Shown here in pieces: positions 39,505 through 52,509 of a stretch of 64,000 nt of DNA. A program made the translations under genes and the position numbers. Under the pieces are notes generated by a model. That model saw only the letters and a list, made by a program, of their open reading frames with translations, was not told the origin of the DNA and did not search any database. This stretch comes from Octopus vulgaris (Eukaryota): assembly GCA_951406725.2 (NCBI GenBank), contig OX597814.1, forward strand, positions 87,234,001 through 87,298,000, given 5' to 3'. The stretch's first letter is position 1, and each line of letters opens with the position of its first letter.

Positions 39505-40171
39505 TGCTGGCTTTGTTGGGTGGAGGTGTTTAACTCCTCTGTTTGAAAACTTAAGGACACAGAACGCTTGTGTCACGTAACCAACTAGAAACGGTGTTTC
39601 TTGGGGTTAAATAGCAGTAGCATTCTTCCCTTTCCGGGGACTTCCACATTAAGTTGGCAACAAGCCATCACTTTACATATATTTCGTTTTTGTTAATTTA
39701 CTATGCATCTTCTCTTTTGTTCGGGCTTGGTTCATTAACTATGCAGCTTCCCTTTTGTTCGTGCATTACACCTGGGTAAATCCAGCAGCAGAAACAAAAA
39801 AAGAAAAAAATCTGTTGCGTCTTTTTCCTTGGCGGTCTAAGCATGTGGTTATGTTGTTTAACGGTTAATCCGGTCTTGCTCTCGTGTACGCACGTGTGTG
39901 TGAGTAATGGAGAAAATTATACAGTGGGGAGTTAGGGAAGGAACTAAGAAAAGGTCAGACAGTCAGTCAGACAGACTGACATCAACAAACGTTGATGTAT
40001 CAGATATATAGCCCACGCTTAGAAATGTGTTAGAATAGATTATCAGCAGATAATCTTTAAATCATTGCTATTAATAAGTTACTCTTCTAATTCTCTCTCT
40101 CTCCCCTCTCTCTGAATACATACACGCACACAAATATATGTATATGTATGCATGTATTTATGTATGTATAC

Positions 40172-40468
40172 TGGCACGAGAGTTCTAGTTGATCCGATCA
40201 ACGGAACAGTCTGCTTGTGAAATTAACGTGCAGCGACTGAGCACTCCACAGACACGTGTACCCTTAACGTAGTTCTCATGGAGATTCAGTGTGACACAGA
40301 GTGTGACAAGGCTGGCCCTTTGAAATACAGGTACAACTCATTTTGCAAGCTGAGTGGACTGGAGCAATGTGAAATAAAGTGTTTTGCTCAAGGACACAAC
40401 GCATCGCTGGGAATTGAACTCACGACCTTACCATCGTGAACCGAATACCCTAACCACTAAGCCACGCG
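40172..40468 (-). mobile_element. tRNA-derived SINE
   Basis: Minus strand reads cgcgtggcttagtggttagggtattcgg...gagttcaattccc. Confidence 0.75.
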
Positions 40469-40472
40469 TATG

Positions 40473-40504
<32 letters not shown>

Positions 40505-42019
40505 TGTATGTATGTATGTATGTATGTATGTATGTATGTATGTGTACGTACGTGCCCGCATCTCTGTATCTGTGTGTGTGCTTGTATATAAACTCTCACA
40601 CATTGAAGCATAAGCAGGGATTCCAAGAGAAATTTGGTAAGGCAAACAAGACTGCTTTCGGGCCATTTTCCCATGCTCATCGCCAAGGGCGCTGGACGGT
40701 ACTGGTTTCTCACTATTCAATTTACTGCACTTTAGTGACTCTACTTTAGTGACTCTACTTTAGTATTATTACAAACTAGTGTCTATCCAGAATATTCTGA
40801 AGCACCCCCAGGCACGTCATTTCCTCACAAATTTAAAGGAGACTATAGTTTGCTTTTTTGTCTTTTAGAAAGAGCCTAACAGATATTCAAGGATCTCTCC
40901 TTGGCCCACTAAGCCTCAGACCGGTGTAGCGGTTGAGCACCCTCTTACACGCCCTAGGCATACAACATATTTAAAACAATTTTGAACGCGTAACATTTGG
41001 AAAAGATATTGTTTAGTTATAGCAACTGCTGCTGCTACTTGTTGTTGTTTTTGTTTGTTTGCTTGTTTGTTGTTGTTGTTAACCTAGATTACATAGACTT
41101 ATTGATTCCAATTGTGCCCAGCATGTTTCATACATCTTTTATTCAGACTCAGCTGCTTTTAGGACAACATTGTACGTGCGTCCTTCTTAAAGACCAGATA
41201 TAATTTTGGAGACATTTGGCTGCTATTTCTAGCAGATCAAAAGATGGTAATAGTGGTGATAGTATTGGTGTGGTGCAGATACAACACCAACTTTCCGGAC
41301 ACAGATAATCTGGAACCTCTTATAATCCGCACTGATTTATATTAATTTATATGTACCTATGGCAGAATCGTTATCACGCTGGACAAAATGCTTAGCGGCA
41401 TTTTGTCCGTCTTTGAGTTCTGAGTTCAAATTCCACCGAGGTCGACTTTGTCTTTCATCCTTTCAGGGTCAATGAAATCAGTACCAGTTGAACACTAGGA
41501 TCGATGTAATCGACGTACACCTCTTCTCCCCAACCGATAGCCATGTGCCAAAATTTGAAGCCATTATTCTTTTATTCTTTTCCTTGTTTCAGTCATTTTG
41601 GCTGCGGCCATGCTAGAGCACCGCCTTAAAGGGGTTTTTTTTAGTCGAAGCAATCGACCCCAGGACTTATTCTTTGTAAGCCTAGTACTTATTCTACCGG
41701 TTACTTTTGCCGAACCGTTAAGTTACGGGGACGAAAACACATCAACATCGGTTGTCAAGCGATGGTGGTGGCGGTGGGTGTGGGAACAAACACAGACACA
41801 AAGACACACACACATAAAATATATTCATATATATGTATACGACGGTCTTCTTTCAGTTTCCATCAACAAATCTGCTCAGAAGGCTTTGGTCGGCCCGAGT
41901 TTATGGTAGAGGTTACAGTAGTGGGACTGAACCCGGATCCATATGGTTGGGAAGCAAGCTTGTTACCACACAGCCACGCCTGCGCCTATTATTTAAGTAA
42001 ATTTATCATTTTTTCAATT

Positions 42020-42235
42020 TGAGGCGAGGAACTGGCAGAATCGTTAGCACACCGGGCGAAATGCTCAGCGACATTTCGTCCGTTTTTGAGTTCTGAGTTG
42101 AAATTCCGGCGAGGTCGACATTGCCTTTCATCCTTTCGGCGTCGATAAAATAAGTACCAGTTGAGCACTGGGGCCGAAGCAATTGCTTTATCCCCTCTCC
42201 GAAATCGCTGGCCTTGTACCGAAATTTAAAACCAA
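42020..42235 (+). mobile_element. Abundant SINE family (ggcagaatcgttagca...); other copies at about 8820-9345, 29220-29430, 35505-35680, 41360-41565, 42580-42790, 52595-52795 and 53515-53675
   Basis: Shared core ttctgagttcaaattc..ccgaggtcgactttgcctttcatcc. Confidence 0.8.
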
Positions 42236-43108
42236 TGTTTGTTCAATTCAAGGCGGCGAGCAGAATCGTTAGCACACCAGGCAAGATGCTTAGTGGCATT
42301 TCGTCTGTCTTCGCATTCTGAGTTCAGATTCTGCCTAGGTCGACTTTACCTTTTATCGACCAAGGTGACCACACCAAGTTCAGAAAAACCTGTAATCCGG
42401 AAAGGCTTTTGAACCAAAGTACTTGCCTTTGAGGAAGTGATATTGGTGGAGATGGTGGTTCTAGTAGAGTTAGTATTGATATTGATTTTGCTGTTTAGCA
42501 CCAGAGTCTGGCTTTGCCTGAGGAGACCTACGATCATAAGCGTTCTAATCGTAACCTACGTGTCTTTTTAGATACTGATTTAAAATTTTGGTACAAGTCC
42601 AGCAATTTCAGAGAAGTAGGTAAGTTGATTACATCGACCTAAGTATTAAACTGGTACTTACTTTATCGATCCCGAAAGGATGAAAGGCAAAGTCTACCTC
42701 GGTGGAATTTGAACTCAAAACATAAAGACGGACGAAATGCCGCTAAGTATTTTTGTCGGCGTTGTAACGATTCTGCCAGTCCACCGCCTTGTATTTTTGT
42801 ATATTCATGACAACAATATGCAATGTGTCCTTATTTGTAGGAAATTTGATATTTCTTGCAAGTTAAACGATCGTAATGGCTGTTGAAATGATGGTGGTTT
42901 GGTGGTGGTGGTGGTGGAGGTTGGAAGTTGAAAATGTCAACAGCAATATGACATAAATGGAATTTTCCAGAATTGAATGAAATTAAAACGGAATTTCTCA
43001 GTCACATTACTATCATTGCCTCAAGCTGCAAATGGTCTTAATCTGCATACTCACCATTCAGCTCTCATCCTACGGATTTTCATAATACGCAGATATGCTC
43101 ATGTGTAT

Positions 43109-43155
<47 letters not shown>

Positions 43156-43644
43156 CGTGCGTGCGTATGTGTGCGGGTGTGTATGCGTGCATTTATATAT
43201 GTGTGTGTGTGTATATAATATATATACATACATATATATGCATGATTGTATGTATGTATAGTTGTATGTATTGAGGAAATAAATCACCTGTAATTCCTAC
43301 CTCATTAATAAGTGAAGTAATTAATACGAACACAAACAACATACTTATAAACAAAATGGCTTATGCGCGTGTGTGTATATATATATGTGTGTGTGTATGT
43401 ATATATACACATATATACAAACATACATGCATCCATGCGTACAACTACATTTATAGATACACGCTCACAAACTCTCACACTCATATACAGGGTATTAACA
43501 GATTGATGTTATTAAGTGACAACACAGGTGTTACATTATTAACAGGTGACTATCTTAGCAGTTGGTTTTTGTTTTGGCTATCATTCTCTGTTGTGAGTGT
43601 GTGTATATTATCATCTCGTCTACCGTCTGCACAATGGAAGGGCC

Positions 43645-43924
43645 ATGAGGAAATACTACCGACTTAACAATTCCACTGGTCTGTCTAAGGAACAGCTATT
43701 GCTTCACACGATCTCAGAGTTCAGTGACCTTACCACACCAAACCGTCCAGCGGTGTCGACAGTACCCCACGAATCTACCATATTTCTCGCCATTCTACTC
43801 GCTATTACTGCATGCATGATGGTTATTTTGGGATTTCTGACATTTCGTGTCTTCCAGCGGTATTGGGTCATTCGAGAAGAAGAACGGTTTATTGAAGAAG
43901 CTCATGCAGCTATTGTCCAAGCTG
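43645..43924 (+). CDS. Small single-pass membrane protein of unknown function, coding exon 1
   Basis: gccATG start; NST sequon; hydrophobic run IFLAILLAITACMMVILGFLTF followed by R residues; strong donor g|gtaagt at 43925. Confidence 0.65.
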
Positions 43925-44449
43925 GTAAGTTACTACTGGATCTCGCTGCCTTCCTTGTCATCGTTGTCTGTTTTGCCTTCACTTTTGAAGATGTCATCAG
44001 TGTGATCTTTTTCACACGATGGACATGAATAATGGGTCTTCGCCTTCTTAGCGGGATATCAAACGAATTGGATGCGGCTAGTGTTGTTTATGTTAAATTT
44101 TAAATTATTTCAAATTATTACTGAAGAAGAACATAAGAATAGGAGGGTTGGTTCCAGAGAAATACAACCTAGTGGACAAGCAGCTGTGCAAAGTCTTTAG
44201 TATGGAACCTAGAATATGACAGCACTGAAGGTAAAAAGATAACGTGGCGAAAATGCTAAAGAGGTAGATAAAATTGTTTCCGTGTATAGTACAAAATCTT
44301 TCATCCTCAAGTCTTGATATGTTTCAACAACAAACGTACAATGTGCACCGGTCCTAATCATAACATAAACACAACGACAAAAACAAACAAACAAAACAAC
44401 AAAGAAACGATAAAACATTAGTTATAGGGAAACCTGCTTAACTTTACGA

Positions 44450-45950
44450 ACACCAAACCAATGAGCAAGTAAAATATGGGAAGTTTTTCGACTGCACAAC
44501 ATATAGTGTGTAGTTCGCTATTTTGTGCTATATATAGTTAATTGTAACTGGTTTGGGGAAGACTTTGGGGACCTAGACTGAGCTGTCACAATCCCTGATG
44601 GATCTAATGTATTACTTGTACACTATTGTAATTATTTCCTTCTGTTGATCAAAAGTGTCACTTGAGATGGCTCTATGTTCGTGTGTCGTTTTGTTTTCTT
44701 CAGTCCGTCATCAGTGTACGTTTTGAAAGTTGTAAATTTGTATCGTATTTCGAATGCTAAAGACTTACGAGTATATTTTTGTATCCTGTGGTATGTCTAT
44801 GTCGTCGAATATGATTATTTGTTGTATTTGATATTCTCTGGTGTTGCTGGTAACAATCGAGAATGTGGATTAGGTCATTATTGTTGTTGCAAAGGTAGTT
44901 TTCTAGTTGATTTAAGTAGGGTTGGGGAGAAATGAAGAATAATGGGAGGATATAAGTTGGATGCCACCAGCGTATTGGGCTGTCTATATATACAGGTTGC
45001 AGAGAGTGGACGAGATGAGAGATCCTTGCGGCTCTCTGTTCAGGAAATTGCAGGTTCTGGAAGTGTTGTTGGCCTGATCAGTAGTTTTGTGTTTCATGAT
45101 GTGTGTGTTTTGAGTATTTTTTTGTTTGTTTGTTTTTGTATGAATGAATATCGAGTAATGGAGTGGAAAGGGTTGTGGTAAATTTTTACAATCACACCTC
45201 CACGCTTTTCACTAAAAAAAAAAAAAAAAAATCAGATTTTCTGCGTGGAATCAACTAACCTGACCTCCTAATGTCCCGCAAACCGCTTATTTTGGTTCGG
45301 GAAAAAAGAGGTGTGTGGGAAACCGCCCCCTCCCCGGAATTATAGGAATTTCTTTTTCGTTCAATGAATTACGGTGCCACAATTCACTGTGTCACAAAAC
45401 ACTGTTTTTGTCCAGAAAAGGAGGGTGGTGTGGGATAGAACCCTCGGGGCCCTCCACCATTTTCACGGTTTGTTGATTTTGACTAGGCGGTACTGGAGGC
45501 TTTGATGTTGAAGTCATCGTATTTTTTGTGTTAAGGTTGTGAGTAGGTCGATGGTTGAGTGTAGGGGTCTGGATCCGAGTTGTGATTTCGAGATGGTAAC
45601 ATGTAAGTTAAGGATACCAAGGATTAACCTTTCTAGAATTTTTTTAACGTATGCATAAGAGGTTAATGGATCTGTATGATTTTGCTTCAATTGGGTTTTG
45701 ATGGGATTTTAGAGTTCTTATAAGTTTACTCAGATTCCAGAATTTGATAATGTTAGTACGAATAATTGTAAGTGTGAGTGAGTGCTGTGATTCCTTCAAA
45801 CCCTTGGTAGTTTAAGCGTGTGTTTTTGATATTGTAAGATTTCCGTATTTTTAAACATCTCTAATGGAAGAAAAAGTACAAAATTGTAGTCTAAATTTAA
45901 GGTGCTTATTTTTGCTGTGTATTTTGTTTTGCGTTGGAACCTTCTTATTT
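44450..45950 (-). mobile_element. Old I/Jockey-group LINE remnant
   Basis: Minus-strand fragments YRSINLLCI..KILERLI and ISKSQLGSRPLHSTIDLL resemble RT motifs YRPISLL and QxGFR..ST. Confidence 0.55.
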
Positions 45951-46300
45951 CTTTTAAAGTTTGCGAACACGTTTTGCCTTAGTCATTGATGTGTGTGTGT
46001 GTTGTGATGATAATAGGTAGCTGAGAAGAGGGAAGTCGGGGAATTGTTTGCTGCTGATTGTGGTTGCAAAGCGAAGGGTGATCTCTGAGGAATAGTTGCT
46101 GCAGTTGGCTTGTGCGTATTGGTGTGACACCGCCTCAGAGAATTTTTAGTCGAACAAATCAACCACAGCACTTTTTTAAAGCCTGGTACTTATTCTATCG
46201 GTCTCTTTTGCCAAATCGCTATGTTACAGAATTGTAAACACATTAGCACCTTATCAAGTGGTGGTGGGGAACAAACAAACAAATAAACACACACACACGC

Positions 46301-46366
<66 letters not shown>

Positions 46367-47056
46367 TAGGGATGGTATTATTAAAATACCATCAAAAGTG
46401 GTAAGCGAATTGTCAGCCGTGCAGGCAAATTAATAAAATATTTACATACAATATTAGATATGTACATATATACACAAGGGTACTACATGAGTACCAATAT
46501 CGCTAATGATAGAAGTCAAAAAATACTTCTGTACCACCGAATAGTCACAAATCTATTACAGACAAGATAGGAAAAAATGTCAGTGAACAATAATAATGTC
46601 TTACATCAAATGGGTCAGAACAAGTAAATGCTGGTCAACCTGGTACCTATATATAGTCAATCCAAACATGAACAAGCAAGGAAAAACAACAACGCGAGGA
46701 CGTGGAATAAATACAGTGGTATTGGACGCTCAGGAAAGGAAAGAAAAGAAAGAGGTTTTCACGTTTCGAGCGGAGCTCTACATCAGAAATATAGAAAAAG
46801 TCTATAGAAGGGAAGACGGAGAAAGAAAATCGCCAACTATATATACATACGACAGGCTTATTTCAGTTTCCGTCTACCGAATCCACTCACAAGGCTCGAG
46901 GCTATAGTAGAAGACACTTGCCGAAACTACCACGCAGTGGGACTGACTAAATCCGGAACTATGTGGTTGGGAAGCAAGCTTCTAACGACACAGGCGTGGC
47001 TATTAAATAAAGTTTACCAGATTTATTTTCCTTCCGCCCTGGCAGTAACTTTGGAT

Positions 47057-47488
47057 CATTAGCGAAGAAAATTTCCTTAACTGCTTGCATCTATATGGCT
47101 AACTATCTGTTGTACATGTTATACTATACCACATTAAAACCAAAACCAAAACCTAACAGAAAAATCTAAACCAGCGGTTCGGTAAAAGACACCGACAGAA
47201 TAAATACCAGACTTTAAAAAAGTGCTGCGGTCGATTCGTTCAACTAAAAATTCTCTGAGGCGGTGTCACACCAATACGCACAAGCCAACTGCAGCAACTC
47301 TTCCCCAGAGATCACCCTTCGCTTCGCAACCACAATATTTTATAATCTAATATTTTGTTGGTTTAGACGTTTATGTTATATCTGGAGATCTATACAGGTT
47401 AGGTTTTAGCTTTAATATAGCATAGTTTATCATGTGCAACAGATAGCGATATATATGCAAGCAGATGAGGAAATTTTCTTCGCTGATG
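47057..47488. mobile_element. MITE with internal insertion
   Basis: Imperfect TIRs of about 90 bp: agcgaagaaaatttcct / aggaaattttcttcgct. Confidence 0.65.
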
Positions 47489-47868
47489 GAGTTGCTATAG
47501 TCAACTACATAAGATGCCTTCTCAGTTCTTAGTAATGGTTTCCTATCCGTTTACTGACACATTGTGCTTTTAAATAGAGTAACCAATTTATTTGCTTTAA
47601 TCTACTTTACTTGCAATCAAATACTAAGATATGTCAGAAATATTATGATGCGGAAGACAATGAGAAAACTTGGAGTTTACTATCGAATTAGTTATGCCCG
47701 AGGGACTTTAAACGGGGTTAAAAGATAAGACATGTAGGTTATAATTTTGTATGTCAACTGGAAATTTGAATTTGTTTACGATTGGAGGATCTAAAATGGG
47801 GTTATGGGAAGGAAAATATTGGCTTATTTATTTGTTTTTCTATATTCTTTTTTCCTTCTCGTTTTCAG

Positions 47869-47954
47869 ATCTAGAAGCAGCTGTTCCCATTTCTGAACCA
47901 ATTACGTGGACTCCAATACGACAACCAAGGAGATTGTCAGAACCCAATAGATAG
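47869..47954 (+). CDS. Small single-pass membrane protein, coding exon 2
   Basis: Long polypyrimidine tract plus ttcag|. Phase 1 matches exon 1 (g+at = Asp). Encodes DLEAAVPISEPITWTPIRQPRRLSEPNR-stop. Confidence 0.55.
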
Positions 47955-49198
47955 GGATATGCTAACCTATTTCTCAGCAGCGATAGATTAGCATGACTTG
48001 TCAGAACATTGCATGTGTTATTCTGCCCGTGTGACTTCATGTTCTCCGAAACAGTACCAACTAATCATTAACAACCGAGTGAACCATCAGCTATGCACTG
48101 GAATTGATAAGTTCTTTCTACTACCATATTCGTCAGATCATGCATACAAAACGAAAAAAAAAATCGGTTGAGAAAAAAACAAGCATATCTGTTTTTGATG
48201 TGGCTTGTTATGATGGCATAATATTTCAAGGATCGGAGTATCTCGAGATGTTCATATTTTAACCAAAGGCTCGAGCAATAAAATGAAAGTATCGGCGCCT
48301 GAACCGTGAATCGAAACTGTAACACCAGGCTTCCATATTCTATTATCAATACTTTACTTCAGGTTTTCATTCACTTCACTGTCAATCACTTTATTATTGT
48401 TTTTTAAACATATCCATACTCGACAACTTGCTCATATTAATTTTGTTGGGGCGAGGAGTCTAATTTGTGACAGTAATTAACTTCTATGAGTTTGAATTAA
48501 GTTCATTGAATTCCAAAGATAGCTGACTGTACACAACGATATACTGATTCTTTTTGATTAAACAAGATGGCTCTTTATTTTAAGAGAAGTGGTAAGAGGT
48601 TATTTTTATAATTTTTCCCCATGAACTTTATCAGGGAGTTCATAGGGAAAAGTGAAATATTCTTCGATTAGGTAGCTAAACTTGACTTGCAAGGAATTTG
48701 TTCTTCTATGGCACTTACCTTGAACATAGCAATTTATTACAGAAACTATCTTTCTATTTCCCCATAATGTTTCCGGTGAAAAGTTCCTCTTTAAATGCTT
48801 TTTTTCCCTGATTCTCGCATTTGCAGGTTTCTGTACCTATAGAAAAAGTTTTCGAAATTGTGGGTTCTAAAAACATCCCAGATTAAAATGTTTATGTATA
48901 AAAAATTTAATTTCTCTTTCGTTATTTCAGAATACAGCGATGTAAATATTTTAAAATCCAGTATATTGCAACGTAAAATTTAAGCTTCTGTGACTGATTT
49001 TTAGATGAAAAAAAAACAAACAAAAAGCAAAAAACAAAACAAAAAAACAAACAAACAGAAATGTTGTATTAAAACTGACACTAAAGTCTGATTATTATAA
49101 ATACTAAGACCTAACTCGTATAGAGTGTGAGTTGTATTTTTTAATACAAGCATAAAGTTTTAGATATTTAGGCTGAGAGATGAATAGAAGGTTAAATA

Positions 49199-50423
49199 CG
49201 AGGGTCAGCTGAGGGTCTGCTGAAAAGTTCATAGGCTGACTAAAATACTCCCATAGAATGTGACAAAATGAGGTTTATTTTTCAACATAGTCGTCCTTGC
49301 GGTCCATACACTTCTTCCACCATTGGTATTGCAGTACTTGGATCCTATTGGTGAAGAAGCTTTCATCTTGTTCGTCAAAAAAGACATCAACAGCAGATAA
49401 GACGTTGTCATCATTGCGATACTGGTTCTCAGCCATCTGTATTTTCATGTTGAGGAACCGATTATAGTCAGATGGGACAAAATCAGGAGAAAAAGGAAGG
49501 TGATCAACCAGTTCAAAGCCACAGTCACGCACAACAGCCATTGGAACGAAGGGCTTGTGTCCTGATGAAACAAGACACCTTTCGTCAGTTTTCCTGGACG
49601 TTTGGTCTTCAAAACCTTTCTTAACTGCATCAGCAAGTTGGCATAATTGTGACCTTTTTGAAGATAGTAAATAAACACAATGCTTTTTGCATCTCAAAAA
49701 ACTGAGGCCATCCTCGCAGATGAAACGACCTTTGCCTTTTTTGGAGCAGGAGAAGAGGGGAGTTTTCAGTGCATGGATTATCTGTTTGTCTCTGGCATAA
49801 AGTTATGAACCAAATACTCATCTTGGGTTGAGAAGTGTCCAAGGAAACCAGCTGGATCTGCCTCAGATAACGTCATATATTGCCGTGATGTAATAAACCT
49901 GGTGCGCTTTTGATCAGGTGTCAGAAGACGTGGTCTCCATTGAGCAGAAACGTTCGTCATATTAAGTTCATTGTGCAGACTATTCTCAACTTTCTCATGG
50001 AGTATACTAACAGCATTGGCTATTTGATTTATAGTCAATCACCTATCATCCATCAGTATGTAGTGAACACGATCATTGTTTTCCTCGGTGGTGGCAGTTG
50101 CAGGATATCCAAACATATCTTCAGACTCCTCTTTCCTCTCCTAAATTCAGTTGCTCACTTTTGCTCTCTTGTTAAACCTGCAGTATCATTCTCTAATGTA
50201 ACAACCATGTCAGTTTGAATATCCTTGGGGGTTAAACCCTTTTTCTGCACGACGAAGTCAAATTTTGTCGATTTTCAAGAGAAGTTGCTACTACTTATTT
50301 TAGAACAGTCAGATGTCAGTTTACCTGGAAAGAAACAATGCAGGGTTGAAATTAATGCATGCAAGATTTCATAGCTCTCGCATCACTCCTTCATACTCAG
50401 CCTATGAAAACAGCCCACCCTCG
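49199..50423 (-). mobile_element. Mariner (Himar1/irritans-like) transposon, full-length and degenerate
   Basis: TA|CGAGGG...CCCTCG|TA ends; WRPRLLTPDQK, TQDEY, VLFHQD and HLPFSPDFVPSD motifs; frameshifted. Confidence 0.9.
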
Positions 50424-50689
50424 TATAATTGTTTTCTGCAAAGGGCATCAAAGACTTATCTAAATCGGTTCGAGTTCAAAGGGAAGTCTGAGTTCAGAAA
50501 CAGTGAAATTAACTCTGAAATTTGGCATTGGTGGATGACAACTGAAGACGTGATTGGACCACAACGGTGACAAATTTCTGGCACTCATCGTATTCCATTG
50601 TTTGTGGACAGAAATAAAGGGATAGTTTGCTCAAAAGAAAGATAGATAAAAGAAAACACACCAAGAACTGATAATCGACTAAAGAAATA

Positions 50690-50695
50690 TTTATT
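50690..50695 (-). terminator. Candidate polyadenylation signal of the carboxypeptidase gene
   Basis: AATAAA on the minus strand about 125 nt after the stop. Confidence 0.4.
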
Positions 50696-50819
50696 TCTAT
50701 TTGAGACCAGTGCAAAGACAGAAACTACAACCAGCATTAGAAGAAATAACAGATATTACAGATGGGGATATCTTGAAACGATGTTTGTTCTGATATGTTC
50801 TCCAGAAGAGGTCGAGTGG

Positions 50820-51064
50820 TTATGCGCGACGTCTACGAGATCTCCGCCGTCTCTTTGTTCTTCGTTTACGTTGTCGCCGTGACTTTTTAGAAAGACCCTG
50901 AGCAAAAGCTTTCAGCCCGACGAATGTCTCCTGACAGGTTTTTGGTATGAGTTTCCGTGGAAGCAAGAAACCATAATGTCCAAGATCACGTAATTCAACA
51001 GTGTAAGCATATTTGATGCCATGGTTCGCTTTGGCATAGTCATCTGAAGCACCACTTGCAATAT
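50820..51064 (-). CDS. M14A carboxypeptidase terminal exon with polybasic tail
   Basis: gtag| then IASGASDDYAKANHGIKYAYTVELRDLGHYGFLLPRKLIPKTCQETFVGLKAFAQGLSKKSRRQRKRRTKRRRRSRRRRA-stop. Glu270 lies in ELRD; Asp at position 255 is CPB-type. Confidence 0.93.
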
Positions 51065-51200
51065 CTACAACAGATAAATTTCAATTTAAAAATTAAAATA
51101 TTCTAATAAATGGAGTTTATGGTATAGTGTTAACAGCTAATGGTTGATAATTTAAACTGTATGAAACGTATTGACCTCTTCTTTCATTAGTACACATATT

Positions 51201-51250
<50 letters not shown>

Positions 51251-51691
51251 TGTAGCGTTTAGCTTTTACTTGTCTTTTACAGTTTTTAGACTGCGGCCAT
51301 GCTGGGGCACCACCATGAAGGGTTTAGTGGAACAAATCGACCCCTGTACGTATTTTTAAAGCCTAGTACTAATTCTGTCGGTTTCTTTTTGCCGAACCGC
51401 TAAGTTACGCAGCTGTAAACAAACCATCACCGGGTGTTAAGTGGTGGCTAAAAATTTAAACTGTATGAAACGTATTGACCTCCTTTTTACAAAAACGCAA
51501 TTCGACGATGACTTTGCTGGTTGAAACTTCGAAGTCACTATGAATGATATTCTTGTTGAAGAACAATAAATTTGTACTCTACGAAAGTAAAGAGTAACCA
51601 ATCAGAATAATGTAAAATTGTTTTTATTGTAACTGAAATTACAAACAAATATATATATATATATATATATACATATATACACACACACACT

Positions 51692-51790
<99 letters not shown>

Positions 51791-51808
51791 ATGTATGTGT
51801 GTGTGTGA

Positions 51809-51840
<32 letters not shown>

Positions 51841-52424
51841 ATATATACATATACATGTGTGCGCGCGTGTGTATGTCGTGCAGCTACTATTTATATCTCG
51901 CTCAGACATTTATTATTGCTATATATATATATATATTTATACAAACATACATACATACATACGCACAAATGTAAGGTGTTTATCCTTTATAATATGTTAC
52001 TCAGAAGAGCGTTTGCTCTATTTTATAATGTTCACATTATCTTTACATATTCTTAGTCTTTACAAAATATTGGTTTTTGTAAAGGCTCAGAATGAAGATG
52101 GAATAATTTTCGGAAAAAGTTTTAATATGTAAGCAATTTTTGTTATGACAGACATTCGTCTGTGTATATACGAGAGTGAATATACACAAGAATATCACAC
52201 CAAGTATCAACTACATCTATAATGAAATCCAAGCTGTTAGGATGGAAGTGTTTGATATACATTGATATTAAAATAACGTAAATTACAATTGTTATGATCG
52301 GTATTGTGACGTAATATGTTTACTGTATTAGAAGGAAGGTTATTTCCCACAGCTACGCCTTTGTAAGGAGGATTGTTTCTATAGCGACAGTGATGTAATA
52401 GAAACTCTTTAAGATAAAACTTAC

Positions 52425-52509
52425 ATAGAATACGTGCCGACGAACCAACCTGGTAACGGGTGTTGGAATAATGACGAATGGCGTTGGTAGCTCGAAGGGC
52501 CAGACGGTT
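52425..52509 (-). CDS. M14A carboxypeptidase exon
   Basis: tttag| ... |gtaagt, phases fit both neighbours. Encodes NRLALRATNAIRHYSNTRYQVGSSARIL(Y); the Tyr248 codon is split by the intron. Confidence 0.9.
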
